IMG/VR virus record: IMGVR_UViG_3300006193_000049
Span: 1 to 25,351 of that record
Source of the DNA: a virus
Taxonomy: Duplodnaviria; Caudoviricetes
Direction: 5' to 3' (one strand)
Length of the DNA stretch: 25,351 bases
The position numbers were made by a program, and so were the translations under genes. Within the stretch, counting starts at the first letter, position 1. Every line of letters starts with the position of its first letter. Below, piece by piece: positions 1-6,920 of this stretch. The notes beneath the pieces were generated by a model that ran no database searches, had not been told where the DNA came from, and was given only the letters and a program-made list of their open reading frames with translations.

Positions 1-1
1 T

Positions 2-718
2 AACTCAGCACCGATTCACTCAATTGACTCGTTGCAAATCGGAGATGGAGTTGCTTTGACAGAAGCACAAGTAGCATTGATTGCTGGTCAATCAGATCGA
101 CAAATGTCTATCGAGACAGCAGCACAAGGCTCTAGTTCAAGTTATCTTGAATCATCCGCAACTCTCTATGGCGATGCTAACATAAGCAATGGTTCTCTAG
201 TGCTTGACGGCACTGGCGACTATGCAACCGTTAGCGACAACTTTAGATTCACAGATAAGATGACCACATCTATTTGGTTTAAAACAAGTGCAACTGGTGA
301 TAGAAGAATCTATTCTTCTCACGTCAGAGGTATGAGTGGAGCAGACCGCTTCAATGGTTTCTTCGCAAGATTAAACAATGGTCAACTAAAGTACAGACAC
401 CCAGCCGGCGGCTCGGGCGAACTTCCTGGACCTAGTGGTTTGAATGACGGTGCATGGCATCACTTGGCCGTGTCTTGGGAAGCATCTGTTGGCTACACTT
501 TATATGTTGACGGTTCTCAAGCAGGTGCTGGCGCAACAGGCGTTTCTCAGGGATATGCTTCTGGTTGGGGTCTCTACATCGGTGCGAACCCATGGTCGCG
601 CACCAGCCCGCTTAATGAACCATATGCCTTCTTTGATGGCGAGATCAAGAACTTTGAAGTCGAAAACGAAGTGTTGACTTCTCAACAGGTTACTGATCTT
701 TATAATGCCGGTGTATAA
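2..718 (+). CDS. LamG/concanavalin A-like lectin domain protein, 5'-truncated (probable virion-associated protein)
   Basis: The frame is open from base 2 (NSAPIHSIDSLQI...), so the gene starts upstream of the window. LamG hallmarks: LVLDGTGDY, TTSIWFKT, LNDGAWHHLAVSW, YTLYVDG, LYIGA, FFDGEIKNFEV..VLTSQQVTDLYN. Confidence 0.8.
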   Translation, partial: NSAPIHSIDSLQIGDGVALTEAQVALIAGQSDRQMSIETAAQGSSSSYLESSATLYGDANISNGSLVLDGTGDYATVSDNFRFTDKMTTSIWFKTSATGDRRIYSSHVRGMSGADRFNGFFARLNNGQLKYRHPAGGSGELPGPSGLNDGAWHHLAVSWEASVGYTLYVDGSQAGAGATGVSQGYASGWGLYIGANPWSRTSPLNEPYAFFDGEIKNFEVENEVLTSQQVTDLYNAGV

Positions 719-749
719 TTAAGATAAAACTTATTTACTACAAAGATTT

Positions 750-784
750 GTCTCAACGTGAAAGCGTTGAGGCGTTTTCTTTTT
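750..784 (+). terminator. Rho-independent terminator
   Basis: Stem GTCTCAACGT / GAAA loop / GCGTTGAGGC followed by a T-rich tract, just after the LamG gene. Confidence 0.8.
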
Positions 785-816
785 GAAGCCTCTTTTGGAG
801 TTTAAACTCTAAATAC

Positions 817-824
817 ACTATTTA
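817..824 (+). promoter_or_regulatory. Putative late promoter motif ACTATTTA
   Basis: The same motif recurs 19-40 nt upstream of six structural gene starts; here 31 nt before the scaffold ATG. Confidence 0.6.
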
Positions 825-855
825 ATGGAGAAATATAAATTCGGGAGACGATTTA

Positions 856-2022
856 ATGTCCAACATGTTAAAACAAGCAATTACAGATGCAGCTACATTG
901 AGAGAACAAGCAATTAAGAATGCTGAGCAGTCGGTAATTGAGAAATATTCTCAACAAATAAAAGAGGCAGTAGATCAAATGCTTGAGGTAGATGATTCAT
1001 CAAATCTAGATAGAGCAAAAAGTACAATTAAAGAAATTGAAGACGAATTAATCAAGGAAGAAGAATCAGTCCCATCGCCGTCACAGGCTATGCCTGCTGA
1101 CAGCCCAGTGTTGGAACCTGCTCCAGCTTGGGATAATAGATATGACGACATGATGACTAATTTCACAGCACTTGTCGATAATTTACCAGAAGATGAAAAT
1201 GGAATGGTCGATCTTGATCTTGGAGATCTTGAGATTGGAGAAGATGAAAAGAATGCTTCTGAGGGATCCATAGATGAACCTACAAGCAATCTTGGAGACT
1301 TGGGAGGGGAAACACCCGATGAAGACGGTGGAGACTCTCTAGATGGATCGTTAGGCGATTCTGGAGATGGTGACTTTGACCTCAACCTTCAAGAGGTTAT
1401 GGACTTACTTGAGCAAGATGACGAAGAAGTCATCGAAGAAGAAGTGGAAATAGACTACAACCCAATCCTAGATACTCTCGGTGGAAATGGAGTTGGATCT
1501 CAACACAGAAAAGCCCATAACGCAGAAATGGCAGCAATTGTTTATCCCGAAGATGAAGAACCTCCTGAAGAAGCTTCCGAAGATGAAACCACTGCCGAAC
1601 AAGCACAAATAGAATTATATGAGACACTAAAGTTTCTGACGAGCCAGAACGATCAACTGGAAAACGTCCTATCCAAGATGGAAGTCTATCTTGAGGAAAC
1701 ACTATTGTCCAACGCAAAACTTTTATACCAGAACCGTACTCTGGGTGATGCCTCCCTGAATGAGCGACAAAAATCAAAAATTGTCGAAGCCATCGCAAAT
1801 GCGGAGTCTCCGAAAGAAGCTAAAAAACTTCATGAGACACTCAAAGCCACAGTGGGATCGACGCCTAATAGCAAAAGAGGTCCACAATCACTGAGCGAGT
1901 CTGTCAATCGAAGATCGAACTTAAGTTCTATGTTGAATTCGAGGCAAAACATTAACGAAAGCAAGCAAAGCTCTGATCCATTTTTGGAAAAGATGCAGAA
2001 GCTTGCTGGCATAAAAAAATAA
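856..2022 (+). CDS. Prohead core/scaffolding protein (T4 gp22-like position)
   Basis: Very acidic, coiled-coil-rich, directly upstream of the major capsid gene. Many (L/I)xE motifs resemble T4 gp21 protease sites. C-terminus MQKLAGIKK; SD GGAG. Confidence 0.75.
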   Translation: MSNMLKQAITDAATLREQAIKNAEQSVIEKYSQQIKEAVDQMLEVDDSSNLDRAKSTIKEIEDELIKEEESVPSPSQAMPADSPVLEPAPAWDNRYDDMMTNFTALVDNLPEDENGMVDLDLGDLEIGEDEKNASEGSIDEPTSNLGDLGGETPDEDGGDSLDGSLGDSGDGDFDLNLQEVMDLLEQDDEEVIEEEVEIDYNPILDTLGGNGVGSQHRKAHNAEMAAIVYPEDEEPPEEASEDETTAEQAQIELYETLKFLTSQNDQLENVLSKMEVYLEETLLSNAKLLYQNRTLGDASLNERQKSKIVEAIANAESPKEAKKLHETLKATVGSTPNSKRGPQSLSESVNRRSNLSSMLNSRQNINESKQSSDPFLEKMQKLAGIKK

Positions 2023-2039
2023 TTTAAGGAGATTTTAAA

Positions 2040-3809
2040 ATGTCTATTATCGAAACTCTTACAGAGGGCATCGTGAATCGCGATATGCAACAAGAAGGTG
2101 CTGCTCTTTTAAACAAATGGACCGCAACAGGTCTTTTGGAAGGATTGTCTGATGGCAATCAAAAAGCCAACATGGCTCGTCTTTTAGAAAATCAAGCTCG
2201 CGAATTACTTCGTGAGTCTAACACAATGGCTGGTGGATCTGTCGAAGGTTTTGCTGCTGTTGCATTCCCAATCGTTCGTCGTGTATTCGCTGGGTTGATT
2301 GCAAACGACTTGGTTTCTGTACAACCAATGTCTCTTCCAAGTGGATTAATCTTCTTCTTGGATTTCACTTTCGGAAACAAGTTGGGCGACCTAACTATGG
2401 CTGATCGTCTTGGAAACACAGCCGCACAATCAATCTACGGTACTGACCGTGTTGGTTCTCAAGTAACTGGTGGTGTTAACTTGGTCGGAACAAGCTTGAA
2501 AGAAGACCTTTCTGGTCCTCGTTTCTCTGCTCGCGGTTATGCTTACGCTTCTGCGACTGGTTCTTTCGAAGTTCTTGCTGCTAATACTGCTGTGCGTCGT
2601 ATCAATGTATCTTCTTCTATTACCGATGGTGATCGTAAGAAATTATCTTATGATCCGGATATCATGAGTCTTTGTGATGCCCAAACTGCTGCACACACTG
2701 CAAACATTTTGGAAGTTCAAATTCTCGCTGCTGGATTGGCTGCTCAACCTCAAATCGACTTGGACAACTTGTCTGCATTTGACTTTACTGGGGCTAACGG
2801 TGTAGCTAAAAACGCCAAGGTGACTACTGATGCTAAAGCTCTTCGTCGATTGGCTCGTTTGTCAAACACTGCGGCTGGTGAAACTGCTGGATCTGCTTTC
2901 TTCTACTTTATCGGAACTTCTGGTTCTGCTGTAGAAAATACTTTAGGTGCTGCTACTGATATCACTGGTTCTACTCCATTCCGCGACAACTTGATCGAAG
3001 GTGGAGCTCTTGGAGCAATCGAAGGTGCTGCAGAATGGGCACTTGAGGGAGTTTCTGAAATTCCAGAGATCGACATCAAAGTTGACTCAATCGCTATCAC
3101 AGCACAAACCAAGAAATTGAAAGCAAAGTGGACTCCAGAATTGGGTCAAGACTTGAACGCTTACCACAACTTGGATGCTGAAGTAGAATTGACTTCTATC
3201 CTTTCTGAGCAAATTGCTCTTGAATTGGATCGTGAAATCTTGGCTGACCTTGTAAACGGTGCAACTGCTGCAACTTACTACTGGTCACGTTCACCCGGTT
3301 TGTTCGTAAACCGTACAACTGGTGCCGAGATCGGTGCTAGTGGTGCTCCTGACTTTACTGGTAATGTTTCTGAATGGTATGAAACTTTGATCGAAACTAT
3401 CAATGATGTATCTGCACAAATCCACCGTAAGACTTTGCGTGGTGGTGCTAACTTCGTAGTTGTTTCTCCTGAAGTTGCTAACGTTTTGGAATTCACAGCT
3501 GGTTTCCGCGCAAACGTAACTGCTGACGCTGACAAAGGCGACATCGGTGCTGTAAAGGTTGGTTCTTTAAACCGTAAGTTCGACGTTATCGTTGATCCTT
3601 ACTTTGCACGTAACGCAATCTTGGTTGGACGTAAAGGTTCTTCTTTCTTGGAAAGTGGATATGTTTATGCTCCATATGTACCATTGCAAACAACTCCAAC
3701 CATCTTTGGACCTGAAGACTTCGTTCCTCGTAAGGGAGTCATGACTCGCTATGCGAAGAAAATGGTTCGTCCTGATATGTATGGTTTGGTTATCGTTCGC
3801 GATCTCTAA
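2040..3809 (+). CDS. gp23: Major capsid protein, T4 gp23 family
   Basis: Motifs LLNKW..GLLEG, LLENQ, FPIVRRVFAGLIANDLVSVQPMSLPSGLIF, AQTKKLKAKWTPELGQDLNAYHNLDAEVELTSILSEQIALELDREI, GYVYAPYVPL, PRKGVMTRY. SD AAGGAG; strongly biased codons. Confidence 0.96.
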   Translation: MSIIETLTEGIVNRDMQQEGAALLNKWTATGLLEGLSDGNQKANMARLLENQARELLRESNTMAGGSVEGFAAVAFPIVRRVFAGLIANDLVSVQPMSLPSGLIFFLDFTFGNKLGDLTMADRLGNTAAQSIYGTDRVGSQVTGGVNLVGTSLKEDLSGPRFSARGYAYASATGSFEVLAANTAVRRINVSSSITDGDRKKLSYDPDIMSLCDAQTAAHTANILEVQILAAGLAAQPQIDLDNLSAFDFTGANGVAKNAKVTTDAKALRRLARLSNTAAGETAGSAFFYFIGTSGSAVENTLGAATDITGSTPFRDNLIEGGALGAIEGAAEWALEGVSEIPEIDIKVDSIAITAQTKKLKAKWTPELGQDLNAYHNLDAEVELTSILSEQIALELDREILADLVNGATAATYYWSRSPGLFVNRTTGAEIGASGAPDFTGNVSEWYETLIETINDVSAQIHRKTLRGGANFVVVSPEVANVLEFTAGFRANVTADADKGDIGAVKVGSLNRKFDVIVDPYFARNAILVGRKGSSFLESGYVYAPYVPLQTTPTIFGPEDFVPRKGVMTRYAKKMVRPDMYGLVIVRDL

Positions 3810-3831
3810 GATTAACTACTAATCACAATTT

Positions 3832-3862
3832 GGCCCTAGCTCTTCGGAGTTGGGGTTTTTTG
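3832..3862 (+). terminator. Rho-independent terminator with cUUCGg tetraloop
   Basis: GGCCCTAGCTC-TTCG-GAGTTGGGGTT followed by a T run, right after the capsid gene. Confidence 0.88.
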
Positions 3863-3872
3863 TCTTTACGGC

Positions 3873-3880
3873 ACTATTTA
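3873..3880 (+). promoter_or_regulatory. Putative late promoter motif ACTATTTA
   Basis: Recurrent motif, 31 nt before ATG 3912. Confidence 0.6.
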
Positions 3881-3911
3881 GAGAGAAAGATTTTTTTAAA
3901 GGAGATTTATT

Positions 3912-4196
3912 ATGGCTGCGCCACACATTAACAGAAGAAGAAAGCTAGAAAAGAAAGGTCAACAAAGAGCAATGATCATAGCAGAATCAATTCAAGATGC
4001 TGCTGAAAAAACTATCGAAGTTGCAACAAAGGTTGCTGAGAAAGTTGCTGAGGAAGTTGTCGATTTAGCCGAAGAGGTTGTTGAGATTGCTGAAGAAGCA
4101 AGAGAAACTATCGAAGACATTATCGAAGAGACACAAGAGGCCGTTCAAGAAGTAAAAAGCAAAAAGAAGGCTCGTAAAAAATCTCGCAAAAAGTAA
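3912..4196 (+). CDS. Small hypothetical protein with basic ends and an acidic helical core
   Basis: SD AAGGAG, own motif upstream and terminator downstream. N-terminal RRRKLEKK, E/A/V-rich middle, C-terminal KSKKKARKKSRKK. Confidence 0.8.
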   Translation: MAAPHINRRRKLEKKGQQRAMIIAESIQDAAEKTIEVATKVAEKVAEEVVDLAEEVVEIAEEARETIEDIIEETQEAVQEVKSKKKARKKSRKK

Positions 4197-4227
4197 TTTT
4201 TATTTTGTATTTCATTTAACCTCCTTT

Positions 4228-4266
4228 CCTTCGGATGTTTCGGCATTCGGAGGTTTGCTTTTATTT
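4228..4266 (+). terminator. Rho-independent terminator (UUCG loop)
   Basis: CCTTCGGATGT-TTCG-GCATTCGGAGG hairpin followed by TTTGCTTTTATTT. Confidence 0.7.
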
Positions 4267-4268
4267 AA

Positions 4269-4276
4269 ACTATTTA
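4269..4276 (+). promoter_or_regulatory. Putative late promoter motif ACTATTTA
   Basis: Recurrent motif, 19 nt before ATG 4296. Confidence 0.6.
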
Positions 4277-4295
4277 CTTTGACGGAGGGTTTTAT

Positions 4296-5531
4296 ATGTC
4301 ATTTCCAGAATTAACACCGGCATCAACAGTGTCGGCAATCACACTACCGGAACAGGGAAGTACTGGCGACGTTATTGGTTCGTTGGCAATTGGGTACTAT
4401 ACAAGTAATTCTTTTGTTACTGGTGCAGTTGCACAAGTTGCTTACACTTATAAGCGTCTAGGTGGTGACATCTTAGATATCGAAATCACAGCCAAGAACG
4501 TCTATAATAACTACGAGGAAGCCGTTCTAGAATATTCCTACATAACGAACCTCCATCAAGCACGAAACGCGTTAGGGAGCGCCCTAGGTGGTCCTACAGG
4601 GTCATTTGATCACAAGGGAGACCTTGTAGAGGGAGTAGGTATCGCTCTTAAGTATCCAAAGTTTCAATTCGACTATGCTTTTCGAAATTCGGATAAGTTT
4701 TCTTCCGAAGCAATGGTTGGTGGTACAGAACCTATATACTCTGCATCGTTTGACAGTGTATCAAATAAACAAGACTATGACTTGCAACAGATCGTTTCTA
4801 GTTCCCAAGCTGGTTCTCCATGGGAAGGGATGAATAACAAAAGAGTCAAGATTAGACAACTATATTACATATCTCCTAGACAAATGTGGAGATTTTATGG
4901 ATACTATGGTGGCTTAAATGTTGTTGGAGACATGAGCAACTACGGACAGTATTCAGACGACTCAACATTTAATGTCATCCCACCTTGGCAAAACAAAGCA
5001 CAAGCAATCGCATACGAAGACCATTTGTATACAAGAACTTCTCATTATTCATATGAGATAGTAGATAACAAGCTAAGACTCTATCCCACTCCTGACTCTG
5101 TGTCTCCATCAAAATTTTGGTTTAGATTCACTGTTGGAGGAAATGATGCATTTGAAGACTCGAATGGTGACAATGGTGTTGATGGTGTAAACAATATGAA
5201 CACCATGCCAATGGAGAATATCGCATTTGAGAAAGTAAACTCAATCGGCCAGCAATGGGTCAGAAGATTCTCATTAGCGCTCTCAAAAGAGACCCTAGGG
5301 CAAGTTCGAGGAAAGTTCGGTGGTAATGTACCGATTCCTGGTGACACCGTCACACTGAACGCCTCAGATCTTCTGTCTCAAGCGGCATCGGAGCAAACTG
5401 CTTTACGTGAAGAGCTCAACAAGCAACTCGACGAGATGCTCTATGCCAAGCTTGCTGAAGCAGACAAGGCAATGGTCGATAATATGGACGCTATTGTTCA
5501 AAAAGTTCCAATGAAAATTTTTGTAGGATAA
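4296..5531 (+). CDS. gp13: Neck/head-tail adaptor protein (T4 gp13-like)
   Basis: Position after the capsid. YKRLGGDILDIEIT..NVY..YEEAVLEY, NKLRLYPTP, QWVRRFSLALSKETLGQVRGKF..VPIPGDTVTLNASDLLSQA match the gp13-family pattern. Confidence 0.8.
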   Translation: MSFPELTPASTVSAITLPEQGSTGDVIGSLAIGYYTSNSFVTGAVAQVAYTYKRLGGDILDIEITAKNVYNNYEEAVLEYSYITNLHQARNALGSALGGPTGSFDHKGDLVEGVGIALKYPKFQFDYAFRNSDKFSSEAMVGGTEPIYSASFDSVSNKQDYDLQQIVSSSQAGSPWEGMNNKRVKIRQLYYISPRQMWRFYGYYGGLNVVGDMSNYGQYSDDSTFNVIPPWQNKAQAIAYEDHLYTRTSHYSYEIVDNKLRLYPTPDSVSPSKFWFRFTVGGNDAFEDSNGDNGVDGVNNMNTMPMENIAFEKVNSIGQQWVRRFSLALSKETLGQVRGKFGGNVPIPGDTVTLNASDLLSQAASEQTALREELNKQLDEMLYAKLAEADKAMVDNMDAIVQKVPMKIFVG

Positions 5532-5535
5532 ATTA

Positions 5536-6021
5536 ATGTCTAAATGGGAAAGACCATCGCAACCGCCATCACCTTTGTTTTTAGGAGAAAAAGAAAAAAA
5601 CCTAGTAAAACAAATCAACGATGAGATCATTGAGAGAGTCGTCGGACAGCAGGTTTTATACTTTCCAATTGACATGGAAACCACAAACTTTCACCCTTTA
5701 TATGGCGAAGCTTTGGAGAAAAACTTTCTACACCCCATTAGAGTATATGCTCTTGTGGATTACTTGGGCGTCGAAACAACTTTCATGGAAGGAATCGGGA
5801 TCGACAAGGCAACTGGTCTGAAAGTGAATTTCCACAAGAGAAGATTGACAGAAGATCAAGATCTCTATGTGCGCGAAGGAGACTTTGTAAGATATGGCGA
5901 TATTTACTACGAAATAGTGAAGCTAAATGAGCCAAAAGCTCTATTTGGGCAAATTGATTCAAGATTCGAAGTGACAGCGGATTGTATTAGAGCAAGAGAC
6001 GGAGTATTCAATGGAGAGTAA
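5536..6021 (+). CDS. gp14: Neck/head-closure protein (T4 gp14-like)
   Basis: Synteny after the gp13-like gene; GQQVLYFP, HPLYGEA, VREGDFVRYGDIYYEIVK. Confidence 0.7.
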   Translation: MSKWERPSQPPSPLFLGEKEKNLVKQINDEIIERVVGQQVLYFPIDMETTNFHPLYGEALEKNFLHPIRVYALVDYLGVETTFMEGIGIDKATGLKVNFHKRRLTEDQDLYVREGDFVRYGDIYYEIVKLNEPKALFGQIDSRFEVTADCIRARDGVFNGE

Positions 6022-6850
6022 AGTTATGACATTTAAACCATCAACGATTGAGACTATCGATATGGCAATATTTAATTTAATCAATGATCAATTTGACCTT
6101 CACACAAATACTAATAGTGGATTTAAGAAAGTCCCTGTCCTTTGGGTGTTTCCAGAGAGAGCATTTAACTCAAAGGAAAAAGATATTCGAGACTCCGTTG
6201 GTAAATTAAAGCTTCCCCTAATCTCACTAGAGAGATCAAGCCTCACAAAGGATCCATCATTCAAAGGGGCTTACCAAGCTAACATTTTCCCCGACACAAC
6301 CGGGCCGAGAGGGTACAAAAAACATCAACGGCTTATATCCAGAAGGATATCTCAGAAGGTAACACGAAAGTTCGCCTCAATAGAAAGCGATAAAGTCTCT
6401 GGTCAAGAAAACTATCCAACAGACAACAAAAAAATAGTATATGAAGAAGTGTATGCACCAATCCCAGTGTGGGTCAACGCAAGCTACACAGTAAGGCTTA
6501 GAGCAGAGTATCAACAACAAATGAATGACCTAGTGACACCTTTCGTTTCTAGAACTGGTAATATAAACGTATTATTGGCAGAGTATGATGGGCACAGATA
6601 TGAAGTGTTCATCGAGTCAGATTTTGCCCAGTCTAACAATGTGGCAAATCTTGGAGAAGAAGAAAGATCTTTTGGAACCTCCATCACTCTTAAGGTTCTT
6701 GGATACTTCCTTGGCGATGGCTTAAACGAAGATGCTCCAGCAACTGTTGTTAAGGAGACGATTGTGGAAGTAAAGATCATAAGAGAGAGATCAATCGTTG
6801 GAGATACTAAGCCATGGGAAAACGACGATGATAGTTTTAGAGATTTTTAA
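6011..6850 (+). CDS. gp15: Tail completion/sheath terminator protein (T4 gp15-like)
   Basis: Lies between neck genes and sheath; KVPVLWVFPERA, KLPLISLER, PIPVWVNASYTVRL..EYQQQMNDLV. Confidence 0.7.
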   Translation: MESKVMTFKPSTIETIDMAIFNLINDQFDLHTNTNSGFKKVPVLWVFPERAFNSKEKDIRDSVGKLKLPLISLERSSLTKDPSFKGAYQANIFPDTTGPRGYKKHQRLISRRISQKVTRKFASIESDKVSGQENYPTDNKKIVYEEVYAPIPVWVNASYTVRLRAEYQQQMNDLVTPFVSRTGNINVLLAEYDGHRYEVFIESDFAQSNNVANLGEEERSFGTSITLKVLGYFLGDGLNEDAPATVVKETIVEVKIIRERSIVGDTKPWENDDDSFRDF

Positions 6851-6872
6851 ATGTAGTTTGGGTTCTAACTTT

Positions 6873-6880
6873 ACTATTTA
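6873..6880 (+). promoter_or_regulatory. Putative late promoter motif ACTATTTA
   Basis: Recurrent motif, 40 nt before the sheath ATG. Confidence 0.6.
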
Positions 6881-6920
6881 ATAGGAAAATGATTTTTAAT
6901 ATTTTAAAGGAGAGTAGTCG

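Noticed and set aside
834-841. T4-type late promoter TATAAATA
   Set aside because: Only an imperfect TATAAATT here, and it does not recur before the other structural genes, unlike ACTA(T/A)TTA.
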